Under the pieces are notes generated by a model that saw only the letters and a program-made list of their open reading frames with translations, made no database searches and had not been told where the DNA came from. DNA of 64,000 bases from an uncultured Chloroflexia bacterium (GTDB taxonomy: Bacteria > Chloroflexota > Limnocylindria > Limnocylindrales > CSP1-4): positions 32,001 to 96,000 of the forward strand of contig CAVRGP010000011.1 in assembly GCA_963720755.1 (NCBI GenBank), given 5' to 3'. This document shows positions 18,734 to 28,706 of this stretch, piece after piece. The translations under genes were made by a program, and so were the position numbers. Numbering within the stretch: the first letter of the stretch is position 1; every line of letters begins with the position of its first letter.

Positions 18734-19717
18734 ACGACCGAGACCGATCCGGATCATCTCCCAGCACTCGGCCGGCGGAACGACCGTCTGCTGATGGTCG
18801 CCATGCTCGGCTACGCGCTGTTGGTCGTCGTGATCATGTTCGAGCGCGGGCTGGCGCTCACGCCGGATGTCCTGGCGGTGGCGTTCGGCCTGTCGGCGGT
18901 CATCCTCGGTCGGGGCCGGCTCTTCCTCCGGGACTGGATCCCGTTCATCGCCCTGCTCCTCGCCTACGAGTTGATGCGCGGGATCGCCGACGACACGGGG
19001 TTGTCCGTCCACGTGCAGGACATGGCCATCGCCGAGCGCCTCCTGACCTTCGGAGCGCTCCCGACCCACATCCTCCAGTCCGCCCTTCGCCCGGCTACCG
19101 GGACGGACCCATTCGCCATCCTCGCGACCACCGTGTACATGCTCCACTTCGCATTGCCGCTGGCGACCGGCTACGTGCTGTGGGTCTGGCGCCGCCCGCA
19201 GTTCTACGATTTCGTGGCCGGTCTCATCGTCCTGAGCCTGGCCGGGTTCGTGACCTACCTGCTCATCCCCGCGGCGCCGCCGTGGTACGTCGCGCGGGCC
19301 GGCGGGCTGGCCGGGCCGGACGGCGCCCCCCTGATCGAGTACCTCAAACCCGCGGCCTTCGAGGAGATCGCGAGAGCGCTCGGGTTCGACGGCAAGTACC
19401 TGTATTCGATGGCGTTCGGGAGCGTGAACCCGAACCTGGTGGCGGCGTTCCCGTCACTCCATGTCGCCTATCCGTTCCTGACCTTCCTGGCCCTGCGTCG
19501 AGCGTTCGGACGGGTCGGTTGGCTGGCCTTCGGGTACGCCGTCCTGGTGGCCTTCTCAGTGATCTACACGGGCGATCACTGGCTGATCGACGTCATCGCC
19601 GGGATGGCCTACGCGTACGTGGCCTTCTATCTCGTCGTGGACTCCCCGCCGTGGCTTCGGGCTCGGATCGACCGGGCCTGGTCGACGGTCAGCTCATTCA
19701 GGCCGCGGCGGCGATGA
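18734..19717 (+). CDS. PAP2 superfamily (AUR1/IPC-synthase-like) membrane protein
   Basis: PAAPPW, AAFPSLHVA, DHWLIDV; RBS points to ACG 18734 (first ATG 18794). Confidence 0.8.
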   Translation, partial: TTETDPDHLPALGRRNDRLLMVAMLGYALLVVVIMFERGLALTPDVLAVAFGLSAVILGRGRLFLRDWIPFIALLLAYELMRGIADDTGLSVHVQDMAIAERLLTFGALPTHILQSALRPATGTDPFAILATTVYMLHFALPLATGYVLWVWRRPQFYDFVAGLIVLSLAGFVTYLLIPAAPPWYVARAGGLAGPDGAPLIEYLKPAAFEEIARALGFDGKYLYSMAFGSVNPNLVAAFPSLHVAYPFLTFLALRRAFGRVGWLAFGYAVLVAFSVIYTGDHWLIDVIAGMAYAYVAFYLVVDSPPWLRARIDRAWSTVSSFRPRRR

Positions 19718-19961
19718 GCTCCGCGAGGACCTCGTCCGAGGGTTCCATCGCGAGGGTCCCGTCGGGGGTCACGACGACCGGCGTGGAGCGGAACCCGGCA
19801 TCGTGGAGTCGGTCCCGGATCGCCATGTCCCGGTCGAGCCGGACGTAGCGGAACGCCCGTCCGGCGGCAACGAACCGAGCGCGTGCTCGAGTCGTGTCCT
19901 CGCAGGTGTCGAGGCCGTAGATGACGGTGACCGTGGGATCCCGGAAGTCGTCGTTGCTCAC
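19698..19961 (-). CDS. Glutaredoxin/mycoredoxin-like protein, CxxT
   Basis: VIYGLDTCEDT, GFRSTPVV..PDG..EPS. Confidence 0.75.
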   Translation of the reverse strand: MSNDDFRDPTVTVIYGLDTCEDTTRARARFVAAGRAFRYVRLDRDMAIRDRLHDAGFRSTPVVVTPDGTLAMEPSDEVLAELIAAAA

Positions 19962-19977
19962 GGGGTCCAGTCTGGCA

Positions 19978-20655
19978 TCAGGCGAGGCTGAACGTCAGCT
20001 GGATGCTGTCCCAGTTGAGGATCAGGTCGCCGATCCCGACGGCCACCAGGAGGAGCCCGCTGACGATCTCGATCGCCCGGTGGTGACTGGTGATGAACCG
20101 GACGACCTGGACGCGCCGGGCGCCGGCCAGCAGCGACAGGAGGACCAGCGGCAGCCCGAACCCGAGGCCATAGGCGAGGAAGGTGAGGATCCGCGGGAGT
20201 GTCTCGGTCAGGCCGACCGAATAGGCGATGAGCGAGATGGCGAAGACGCCCGCGCATGGCAGCGCGAGTGGGCCGAGCATCACGCCATACAGGTAGGCCT
20301 GGCCGAACGGGTTGGCCACGATCGGGACGGTCGTCCCCGGCAGGCGCTCGAACGGGTTGCGACCGGACAGGAGGAGCAGTCCCAGCGCGATCAGCACGAA
20401 GTCCACCGCCGGGATGAGGAAGGCCAGGAGCGACCCGATCGGGACGGCCACGATGACGAGGACGACCGCGACCGCGAGCATCGTGGTCAGGACACCACCC
20501 AGGATGATCAGACCGAGGAACCCGGTCCCGCGCCGACCGGCGAGCGCCCCCGTGTTGGCCGACAGGTAGGCGAGGAAGCTTGGGTAGAGCGGGAGCAGGC
20601 ACGGGCTGGCGGCACTGGCGAGCCCCAGCGAGAACGCCAGCCAGAGACCCTCCAG
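19978..20655 (-). CDS. ccdA: CcdA/DsbD-type transmembrane thiol-disulfide electron transporter
   Basis: Frame extends past the track's ORF start to SPCLLPLYPSFLAYL; second Cys in LPCAG; GLGFGLP; apparent CTG start at 20655. Confidence 0.85.
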   Translation of the reverse strand: MEGLWLAFSLGLASAASPCLLPLYPSFLAYLSANTGALAGRRGTGFLGLIILGGVLTTMLAVAVVLVIVAVPIGSLLAFLIPAVDFVLIALGLLLLSGRNPFERLPGTTVPIVANPFGQAYLYGVMLGPLALPCAGVFAISLIAYSVGLTETLPRILTFLAYGLGFGLPLVLLSLLAGARRVQVVRFITSHHRAIEIVSGLLLVAVGIGDLILNWDSIQLTFSLA

Positions 20656-20657
20656 GT

Positions 20658-21348
20658 CTAGGCTCCGTTCGCCTGGGCGAGGCTGACGATGTCGCCGACG
20701 CTCTTGCGTCCAAAGTCGGTCAGGGTCACTTTGCCGTCCGTCCCGATCACCACGATCGGCGTCGACGGCGGGTTGAGCACCTGGTCGCCGAACTCGGCGG
20801 CAAGCGCACGGGCGACCTTCGCGCCGGCGACGGCGTACTGGCCGGGGAAGCTATTGCTCTTGCGGTACCGGGCGAGACTGGTCGCGTCCTCACTCGGATC
20901 GATATCGAGGACGACGTAGCTGACCGAATCGGCCGGAAGCTGTCCGAGCGCCGAACGGACGTCGCCCTGCTGGGCGCGGCATGTGGGGCACCAGATGGCC
21001 ATCGTCTCGATGATGATGACCTTGCCGGCTTGGTCGGCGATCCGGAAGCTCTCGCCGGTCGTCACGTCGACGAGCTCGGCCGTTGCCCACGCCTGGTCCA
21101 GGATCGGAGCGAGGCCGACGGAATGGCTGGCCATCGCGGTCGCGGTCGCGGTCGCGCGCCGTCCCGGCCGGGGTCGTCGCCGGGGAGGCCGATGCCGCAT
21201 CCGCCGACGGGGCGGCGCTCATGGCCGCAGGTGACGGCTCCCCGGTCGCTGCTTGTCCGGCGCCTGTGCACGCTGACAGGGCGAGCGACAGGGCGGCGAC
21301 GGTCACGGCCAGGCCGGCCAGGCCGGCCAGTCGGTGATGGTCGGTCAT
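20658..21348 (-). pseudogene. TlpA-like thioredoxin lipoprotein with a frameshift near 21155
   Basis: RBS + ATG 21348 and lipobox LSAC in one frame, WCPTC domain in another; span 691 nt = 3n+1. Confidence 0.75.
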
Positions 21349-21469
21349 GAGTTCCTCTTTTCGATGGGTGGCCCAGCATGACGGATCCACGTGACGTTCC
21401 CGTGACCGGTCGCTCCGCTGGTACCGTGACCGAAACGCGAACCATTCGGGGCATCGAAGGGAGGTCGTC

Positions 21470-21883
21470 ATGACGGAGTACTCGGGGACCGGGACCAGGG
21501 AAGACCCGTGGATGCTCAAGACACCGCCGGGCACGTCCGACTATCAGATGTACCTCGATGAGGCCGCGGACCCGCCGGTGATCGTGTGCCAGGTCGGTGG
21601 CACGCAGCTCAAGTACGACCGGCGCGCGATCGACGACCTCCACGCGATGCTCAAGGCCCACGGCGACTGGATGCCCCTCGGCGGGGCGGATGAGCAGAAG
21701 ACCCCGCAGGAGGGCACGGTCGAGGCGTGGGGTCGGTCGGCCGACAACCCGATCGGCGGCTGGTATGGCACGAAGAAGGGTCTTCGTGGCCGGTTCGGCG
21801 TGTACATGCCGCCGTTGCTCGAGGCGCTCGGGCTCGCCGAGGTCACCCACGACCCGAAGAACAACCGGATGCGGGCCCGCTAG
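21470..21883 (+). CDS. Conserved hypothetical protein (possibly DUF6855)
   Basis: GGAGG RBS, strong GC3 bias; family recalled from DPW.LKTPP..S and NPIGGWYG.KKGLRGRF. Confidence 0.7.
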   Translation: MTEYSGTGTREDPWMLKTPPGTSDYQMYLDEAADPPVIVCQVGGTQLKYDRRAIDDLHAMLKAHGDWMPLGGADEQKTPQEGTVEAWGRSADNPIGGWYGTKKGLRGRFGVYMPPLLEALGLAEVTHDPKNNRMRAR

Positions 21884-21898
21884 GCCCGGTCCGGCGCG

Positions 21899-22609
21899 TT
21901 ATCCGGGTACGGCCGTCGCGGCCGCCGCGAACGAGGCCATGTCCGGGAAGGTCGCGTCCGGCGTGGCCTGCGCCGGCGGGGTCGCCCCAGACCCCGGCCG
22001 TCCCTGGCGCCGGTCGATCCAGACGGTGGTCAGCCCCAGGCGCTTGGCCGTCACGTGGTCGTGGAACAGGCTCTGGGCGACGTGGAGGATCCGGTCCCGG
22101 GGTACCCCGATGCGCTCGAAGGCGACCTCGAAACCACGCTCGTTCGGCTTGTACGCGCCGACCTGCTGTGCCGTCACCACCCAGTCGAAGTCGGTCTGCA
22201 GACGGGTCGCCGATCGGGCGAACAGGTCGTCGTCGCAGTTGGTGATGACGCCCAGGCGGAAGCGCGACTGGAGCCGCCGGAGGGCCGCCGTCGAGTCTGG
22301 GAAGGCCGGCCACCGACCCACGGAGTCGGAGAACCCATTCACCTCGGCCGGGGTCGGGACCACGCCGAACCTCGCCGCCACGCCCAGGAGCGCGAATGCA
22401 AGGATGTCTCGATAGCGCAGGTACGGCCCGGCTTCCGCCCGTGCCTCCAGCGTGGCGTACTCCTCGAGCAGCCGGTCGTCGGTCGCCTCGATCCCGCGCG
22501 GCGCCAGGACTGCCTGGAGTCCGGCGAGGATCCCGGCCTCCCAATCGATGAGCGTCCCGTAGCAATCGAAGGTGATGGCGTCGAATCGCCTGTAGTCGAG
22601 GCCTGTCAT
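21899..22609 (-). CDS. Haloacid dehalogenase type II-like HAD hydrolase
   Basis: [29 protein letters not shown]. Confidence 0.9.
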   Translation of the reverse strand: MTGLDYRRFDAITFDCYGTLIDWEAGILAGLQAVLAPRGIEATDDRLLEEYATLEARAEAGPYLRYRDILAFALLGVAARFGVVPTPAEVNGFSDSVGRWPAFPDSTAALRRLQSRFRLGVITNCDDDLFARSATRLQTDFDWVVTAQQVGAYKPNERGFEVAFERIGVPRDRILHVAQSLFHDHVTAKRLGLTTVWIDRRQGRPGSGATPPAQATPDATFPDMASFAAAATAVPG

Positions 22610-22667
22610 CGGCCTATCTTGCCGAAAGCCGACCGGCGGTGCACGGACGCTGCTAGCATCCGGGCTG

Positions 22668-24344
22668 ATGGCAGCGAAGCGCTATGACTTCATCATCGTC
22701 GGTGGTGGCTCAGCCGGCTGTGTGCTCGCCAACCGGCTGTCGGTCGATCCGGGGACGCAGGTGCTCGTCATCGAGGCCGGGCGGCCGGACTATCGCTTCG
22801 ATGTCTTCATCCACATGCCGGCGGCGTTGACCTTCCCGATCGGCAGTCCCTACTACGACTGGCAATACGAGTCCGAACCGGAGCCGTTCATGGGCGGTCG
22901 CCGGATCTACCACGCCCGGGGCAAGGTCCTCGGTGGCTCGTCGAGCATCAACGGCCAGATCTTCCAGCGCGGCAATCCGCTCGATTACGAGCGCTGGGCG
23001 GCCGATGCGGGCATGGGGTCGTGGGACTACGCCCACTGCCTGCCCTACTTCAAGAAGATGGAGACGTGCCTCGCCGCGGCCCCGGACGACCCCTGGCGCG
23101 GACATGACGGCCCGCTGATCCTCGAGCGCGGCCCGGCGACCAACCCGTTGTTCACCGCCTTCTTCGCTGCCTGCCAGGAGGCCGGCTACCACCTGACCGA
23201 GGACGTCAATGGGTACCGGCAGGAGGGCTTCGCCCCGTTCGACCGGAACATCCACAACGGCCGCCGACTGTCCGCATCGCAGGCCTACCTGCGTCCCGTT
23301 CGCGGTCGCAAGAACCTCACGGTCCGGACGCGAACCTTCGTCAGCGGCGTCGTCTTCGACGGCAGGCGGGCGGTCGCCGTCGACATCGAGCGACGCGGTG
23401 GCGGGACCGAGCGGATCGAGGGCGGCGAGATCATCCTGGCGGGTGGTGCGATCAACTCCCCCCAGCTCCTGCAGTTGTCGGGGGTCGGGGCTGCGGCGGA
23501 CCTCGCGACCCTCGGCATCCCGGTCGTGGCCGACCTGGCCGGTGTCGGGGCCAACCTGCAGGACCACCTCGAGGTCTACATCCAGTACAAGTCGCTCCAA
23601 CCGGTGTCCATGCAACCGACGGCGACCCAGAAGTGGCGCCGGCCGTTCATCGGCGCGGAGTGGCTGTTCCTGCGCCGTGGTCCGGGGGCCACCAACCATT
23701 TCGAAGGCGGCGGTTTCGCTCGCTCGAATGACCAGGTCGCCTATCCGAACCTGATGTTCCACTTCCTGCCGCTCGCGATCCGCTACGACGGGAGCGCCGG
23801 ATCCGCGGGCCACGGCTATCAGGTGCACGTCGGGCCGATGTACTCGGACGCTCGCGGCACGGTCTCACTCAAGACGACCGACCCGCACGACCATCCCGCG
23901 CTCCGTTTCAACTACCTGTCGACCGAGCAGGATCGCCAGGAGTGGGTCGAGGCCGTCAGGGTCGCCCGGCGGATCCTGAACCAGCCCGCCCTCGAGTCGT
24001 TCAACGGGGGCGAAACCTCGCCCGGAGCTTCCGTGACGACCGACGACGAGATCCGCGACTGGGTCGCACGCGATGGCGAGACCGCGTTGCACCCCTCGTG
24101 CACGGCGCGGATGGGCGTCGATGGCGACTCGGTCCTCGACCCGACCACGATGCGGGTCCACGGCGTGGATGGTCTGCGCGTGGTCGATGCCTCTGCGATG
24201 CCGTACGTGACCAACGGCAACATCTACGCGCCGGTGATGATGCTCGCGGAGAAGGCCGCTGACCTGATCCTGGGGAATACGCCGCTGCCGCCGCAGGACA
24301 CACCCTTCTACCGGCACGGTCAGGCCGACCCGACGGCCAGGTGA
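22668..24344 (+). CDS. betA: Choline dehydrogenase (GMC oxidoreductase)
   Basis: [52 protein letters not shown]. Confidence 0.9.
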   Translation: MAAKRYDFIIVGGGSAGCVLANRLSVDPGTQVLVIEAGRPDYRFDVFIHMPAALTFPIGSPYYDWQYESEPEPFMGGRRIYHARGKVLGGSSSINGQIFQRGNPLDYERWAADAGMGSWDYAHCLPYFKKMETCLAAAPDDPWRGHDGPLILERGPATNPLFTAFFAACQEAGYHLTEDVNGYRQEGFAPFDRNIHNGRRLSASQAYLRPVRGRKNLTVRTRTFVSGVVFDGRRAVAVDIERRGGGTERIEGGEIILAGGAINSPQLLQLSGVGAAADLATLGIPVVADLAGVGANLQDHLEVYIQYKSLQPVSMQPTATQKWRRPFIGAEWLFLRRGPGATNHFEGGGFARSNDQVAYPNLMFHFLPLAIRYDGSAGSAGHGYQVHVGPMYSDARGTVSLKTTDPHDHPALRFNYLSTEQDRQEWVEAVRVARRILNQPALESFNGGETSPGASVTTDDEIRDWVARDGETALHPSCTARMGVDGDSVLDPTTMRVHGVDGLRVVDASAMPYVTNGNIYAPVMMLAEKAADLILGNTPLPPQDTPFYRHGQADPTAR

Positions 24345-25144
24345 GCGCGACGCAGTCCGACACGCGCCAGATCGACCAGATCGTCCGCCTCGTGCGCGCC
24401 GTCCTCGGCGCCGATGCGATCGGGGCGTACCTCCACGGTTCGACCGCCCGAGGCGAACTCCGGCCGCACAGCGATATCGATGTCCTCGTCGCGTCGGCGC
24501 GCCCGACGACGCCGCAGGAGAAGCGGACCCTGATCGATCGTCTCCTACGGATGTCTGGGCGCGGAGATCCGAGCGGGCGCGCCCGATCGATCGAACTGAC
24601 CATCGTCGTCGACGCCGAGATCCGGCCCTGGCACTACCCACCGCGCTTCGATTTCCTGTACGGCGACTGGCTGCGGCCCGACTTCGAGGCCGGAAAGCTG
24701 ACGCCGTGGGAGACGCCGAACCCGGATCTGGCGCCCATCATCACGATGGCTCGCCTCGGCGACCGGGCGGTCTTCGGCCCACCGCCGGCGACCTATTTCG
24801 ATCCGGTCCCGCGGGCCGATCTCGACCGGGCGATCGTGGCCGGGATCCCGGGTCTGCTCGACGACCTCGACTCCGATACCGCCAACGTCAGCCTGACCTT
24901 CGCCCGGATCTGGGTGACCCTCGCAACCGGCGAGATCCGATCCAAGGATGCCGCCGCCGAGTGGGTCCTCGATCGACTGCCGGAAGAGCATCGGCCGGTC
25001 CTGATCCGTGCTCGGGCCGTCTATCTCGGTGACGAGGACGACCGCTGGGACGACCTGCGCGCCGAGGCCCGGTCGTTCGCCGAGTACGTCATCGGCGAGA
25101 TCGAATGGCTCTCGACGGACGAATCGCCTCGGGCCGGCACGTGA
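24341..25144 (+). CDS. Aminoglycoside adenylyltransferase-like (ANT(9)/AadA fold, DUF4111)
   Basis: [57 protein letters not shown]. Confidence 0.85.
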   Translation: MSATQSDTRQIDQIVRLVRAVLGADAIGAYLHGSTARGELRPHSDIDVLVASARPTTPQEKRTLIDRLLRMSGRGDPSGRARSIELTIVVDAEIRPWHYPPRFDFLYGDWLRPDFEAGKLTPWETPNPDLAPIITMARLGDRAVFGPPPATYFDPVPRADLDRAIVAGIPGLLDDLDSDTANVSLTFARIWVTLATGEIRSKDAAAEWVLDRLPEEHRPVLIRARAVYLGDEDDRWDDLRAEARSFAEYVIGEIEWLSTDESPRAGT

Positions 25145-25229
25145 CCAGATCGCCTCGCCGCTTGACCGGGATGCCGATCGGCAGGGAACATCCGCGCACT
25201 AGGTCAGCGCTTGCCCAGGAGGACAGACC

Positions 25230-25595
25230 GTGACGGCCCCGACCACTGTCGACGAGTACCTGGGCGCCCTGCCCGACGAGCGCCGGACGGTTCTCGAGGG
25301 CATCCGGGCGACGATCCGGGCGGCGGCTCCCGACGCCACCGAATCGATCGCCTACCAGATGCCGGCGTTCCGCTCCAACGGGCGCTTTCTCGTCTCCTAC
25401 GCCGCGTTCAAACGACATTTCAGCCTGTTCCCGGCGAGTGACGCCGTCGTGGCGGCTGTCGGTGGCGAGCTGGAACCATTCCTGGCCGAAAAGGCGACGA
25501 TCCGCTTCACCACCGACGACCCCATCCCGCTGGACCTCGTGACGAGGATCGTGGAGGTTCGGCTGGCGGAACTGGCCGGAACGAACGGGTCATGA
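25230..25595 (+). CDS. DUF1801/YdhG-like protein
   Basis: TVDEYL..LP, A.ESIAYQMPAF, YAAFKRHFSLFP, KATIRF. Confidence 0.85.
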   Translation: MTAPTTVDEYLGALPDERRTVLEGIRATIRAAAPDATESIAYQMPAFRSNGRFLVSYAAFKRHFSLFPASDAVVAAVGGELEPFLAEKATIRFTTDDPIPLDLVTRIVEVRLAELAGTNGS

Positions 25596-25633
25596 TCGCC
25601 GGCGACGACCCGGTGGCAGAACGAGGAAACCGC

Positions 25634-26578
25634 ATGCGCATCGGGATCGTGCTCCCCATCGCCGAGGATGACGGAGGTGCGGGCATCCTCAGCTACGTCC
25701 AGATCCGCGACGTGGCCGTGGCCGCCGAGCAGGCCGGGCTGGACTCGGTCTGGGTGTTCGATCACCTGCTCTACCGGTTCGACGGTGAAACGACCGGGAT
25801 CCACGAGTGCTGGACGATCCTTGCCGCGATCGCCGAGGCGACGAAGCGGGTCGAGCTCGGGACCATCGTCATGTGCACCTCCTTTCGGAACCCGGCGCTG
25901 CTGGCCAAGATGGCGGCCACGCTCGATCACCTCAGCGGCGGCCGGCTCATCCTCGGGATCGGCGCGGGCTGGCACGATCCCGAATACGACGCATTCGGCT
26001 ATCCGATCGATCACCGGGTCGGCCGGTTCGAGGAGGCATTGACGGTCATCCGGGGGCTGATCCGCGATGGTCGAGCGGATCTCGATGGCCGGTACGTCAC
26101 GGCCCGCGATGCCGTCCTTCGCCCGCCGGCGCGGCCGGACCTGCCCATCCTGATCGCCGCGAAACGCCCCCGGATGCTCGAACTGACCGCCCGTCATGCC
26201 GATGCCTGGAATCTCGCCTGGTTCGGCCTTCCGGACGAGCGACTGGCGCGGGTGCGTGGCGAATTGCTGGAGACGTGCCGACGGGTCGGCCGCGATCCCT
26301 CGACCTTGGCGTTGACGGTCGGGATCACGGTCCGCTACCCGTCGCTCGCGCCGTCGGGGGCGGGCGAAGCCGATGCTCCACAGACACCGGGGCTCACCGG
26401 AACGCCTGCCGAGATCGCCGACGGTCTGCTGGCCCATGCCCAGGCCGGCGCCGCCCACGCGATCGCGGTCCTCGAGCCGTGCACGCCGGAGACCGTAGAG
26501 GCGTTCGCCGAAGCGGTCGAGTTGTTCCGGGCGAAGTGGGGCACCGCGGCCGGATATGAGGCGGCGCCGTCCGCCTAG
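25634..26578 (+). CDS. LLM-class flavin-dependent oxidoreductase
   Basis: DSVWVFDH, FRNPALLAKMAATLDHLSGGRLILGIGAGW. Confidence 0.9.
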   Translation: MRIGIVLPIAEDDGGAGILSYVQIRDVAVAAEQAGLDSVWVFDHLLYRFDGETTGIHECWTILAAIAEATKRVELGTIVMCTSFRNPALLAKMAATLDHLSGGRLILGIGAGWHDPEYDAFGYPIDHRVGRFEEALTVIRGLIRDGRADLDGRYVTARDAVLRPPARPDLPILIAAKRPRMLELTARHADAWNLAWFGLPDERLARVRGELLETCRRVGRDPSTLALTVGITVRYPSLAPSGAGEADAPQTPGLTGTPAEIADGLLAHAQAGAAHAIAVLEPCTPETVEAFAEAVELFRAKWGTAAGYEAAPSA

Positions 26579-27477
26579 AGGTCCTCGATCCCGCGGATGG
26601 ACAGACGAGGTCCGCGTCGGGGCGGTCGGATCCCGCTCAATTCCAACAGGCGCATGACCCTGGCTCGATGCCCGCGATACGGCTCCAGGAGCTCGAGCAT
26701 CCGGTCGTCCGTCCCTCGCGCCTCGCCCGCGAGTGCGTACGCCACGAGGTGCGGCAGATGGAAGTCACCGACGCTGACCGCATCGGGATCGCCGAAGGCC
26801 CGGGCGCCGACTTCCGCGGCGGTCCACGGCCCGATGCCGGGCACGGCCGTCAGTCGTGCGTATGCCTCCGGCAGCGGCAGCTCGACGGTCCCCTCGAACC
26901 AGGTCGCCCGGGCGGACACGCGGCGGATGAGGTCGGCCCGTCGCCGTTCCACCCCGAACGGGTGGTAGCGGTAGTAGGGGAGTGCGGCCAGCGTCGAAGG
27001 CGTCGGAGCCAGGCGCAGTCGCCATTCCGGTGGACCGGGGGCGGGTTCGCCGTGGGTCCGAAGCAGTCGGCGCCAGGCGAGCGATGCTTCGAGGCCGGTG
27101 ACCTTCTGTTCGAGGATGCCCGGGATCAGCGACTCGAGGACGGCTCCGGTCCGTGGGATCCGAACCCCGGGTAAGCGCCGGGCGAGGCTGGCGACGAGGG
27201 GATGTCCGATCGGGATCGGTTCGAGCTCGGACGCCAGGCCCAGCAGTCGCGGGACATCGTCGAGCGCCCGCTCGGCGCCCGGCCCATGCGCCTCGGCGAC
27301 GATCCGCTGGCCGTCGCGGTTCAGGGCGATCGCCGCGGGGCCATCCGCCGTCCGGGTCGCGCGCCACACCCGGTCCGCGCTCAACCGGATGGTCGCGTCG
27401 GCGGGGCCGTGGGAGAGCGGCGCGAGCGTGCGCCCAAGATCAAGGTCGCCGTTGACGACGAAGGTCCGAGTGGCCAC
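26575..27477 (-). CDS. alkA: DNA-3-methyladenine glycosylase II (HhH-GPD)
   Basis: ILEQKVT, L..VPGIGPWTA, AFGDPDAVSVGD. Confidence 0.8.
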   Translation of the reverse strand: MATRTFVVNGDLDLGRTLAPLSHGPADATIRLSADRVWRATRTADGPAAIALNRDGQRIVAEAHGPGAERALDDVPRLLGLASELEPIPIGHPLVASLARRLPGVRIPRTGAVLESLIPGILEQKVTGLEASLAWRRLLRTHGEPAPGPPEWRLRLAPTPSTLAALPYYRYHPFGVERRRADLIRRVSARATWFEGTVELPLPEAYARLTAVPGIGPWTAAEVGARAFGDPDAVSVGDFHLPHLVAYALAGEARGTDDRMLELLEPYRGHRARVMRLLELSGIRPPRRGPRLSIRGIEDL

Positions 27478-27565
27478 GACGTGGATGCTCGCATGGATCC
27501 GATTACGTCACGATGTGCGCCGAAACCAGCCGGGACCACGGATCCGTGGTACCTTCGGCCCAGAC

Positions 27566-28174
27566 GTGCACCTGAAGAAGGTCGTCGCGAGCGTGGCGCT
27601 CATCGCCACCCTCGCCACGGTAGCCGTCCCTGGTCCAGCCGGTTCTCGGGTCCCCAGCCCAGCCGCCAGCGTGGACCCCGGTCTCTTCCAGCGAGTGGAG
27701 GTCGCGACGCTCGTGCGTGGGACGACGATGACGATCCAGCCCCTCGATCCAGGGGCGAACTCCGCTGGAGCCCTGGATCACGGTTCGACCCTGGTCGAGC
27801 CGGACCTGCGAAACGAGCCACCCCCGGCTCTGGTTCGACCCACCCAGAAGGACCCGACGGCCCAGTCGATCGCCAAGAACTACTGGCGGTTCGACGGGAA
27901 CATCTCGTGGTACGGCCCCGGCCTGTACGGGAACGGGACCGCGTGCGGTTTCAAGCTCACCAAGTCACTCGTCGGCGTCGCCCACCGAACCCTGCCATGC
28001 GGGACGATGGTCACCTTCCGCAACGTATCGACCGGCGCATCGATCACCGTGCCGGTCGTCGATCGCGGGCCGTACGTGTCCGGTCGTACGTGGGACCTGA
28101 CCCGCGGCGCCTGCGCGCTCATCGATCACTGCTACACCGGCACCATCGAATGGAAGTTCGCCTCGAGTCATTGA
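27566..28174 (+). CDS. RlpA-like double-psi beta-barrel (lytic transglycosylase-like) exported protein
   Basis: Signal peptide; SWYGPG.YG..TACG, AHRTLPCGT, VVDRGPY, DLT. Confidence 0.8.
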   Translation: MHLKKVVASVALIATLATVAVPGPAGSRVPSPAASVDPGLFQRVEVATLVRGTTMTIQPLDPGANSAGALDHGSTLVEPDLRNEPPPALVRPTQKDPTAQSIAKNYWRFDGNISWYGPGLYGNGTACGFKLTKSLVGVAHRTLPCGTMVTFRNVSTGASITVPVVDRGPYVSGRTWDLTRGACALIDHCYTGTIEWKFASSH

Positions 28175-28182
28175 CCGCCCGA

Positions 28183-28620
28183 TCAGGCAGGTGGCTCCCA
28201 TCCCGGTGGCGCGAGCTCGAAGCCCTCGAATCGGAAGGCCGGTGCGACGATGCACCCGACCAGCGTCCAGTCGCCCAGCGGACGGGCTGCCTGCCAGACC
28301 CCGGCCGGGACGACCGCCTGCACGACCCCGTCGCCATCGAGGTCGCCGGACAGGCGATGGACCATCACCTCGCCGTCACCCTCGGCCCACGTCCGCAACT
28401 CGAGCGGGTCGCCGGCGGCGAACTGCCAGACCTCGTCCGCATCCACCCGGTGCCAATGGGACCGTTCCCCCGCGGCGAGCAGATAGAGGATCGCGCTGCT
28501 GCTCGGTCGAGCGCCCTCGTCCGCCTGCGCCCGCCACGTCTCGGCGTACCAGCCGCCCTCGGGGTGGGCGACCAAGCCGTATGCGGCGATCGCCTGTTCC
28601 GTCCGCGTGAGTCGGTGCAT
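28183..28620 (-). CDS. Cupin_5 (DUF985) protein
   Basis: HPEGGWY.ETWR, SAILYLL, SHWHRVDADEVW, CIVAPAFRFEGFEL. Confidence 0.9.
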   Translation of the reverse strand: MHRLTRTEQAIAAYGLVAHPEGGWYAETWRAQADEGARPSSSAILYLLAAGERSHWHRVDADEVWQFAAGDPLELRTWAEGDGEVMVHRLSGDLDGDGVVQAVVPAGVWQAARPLGDWTLVGCIVAPAFRFEGFELAPPGWEPPA

Positions 28621-28706
28621 CCTGCGAGGATAGCCGCAGCCGATAGCGCCCCATCCGATCCGAGCCCACGCGCGAACGGTCGATAGCACCAGGAGACGCC
28701 CACAGG

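Noticed and set aside
21379-21431. GTGAC direct repeats as an OmpR-type site
   Set aside because: Only one 11-bp spacing among short motifs; not distinguishable from chance
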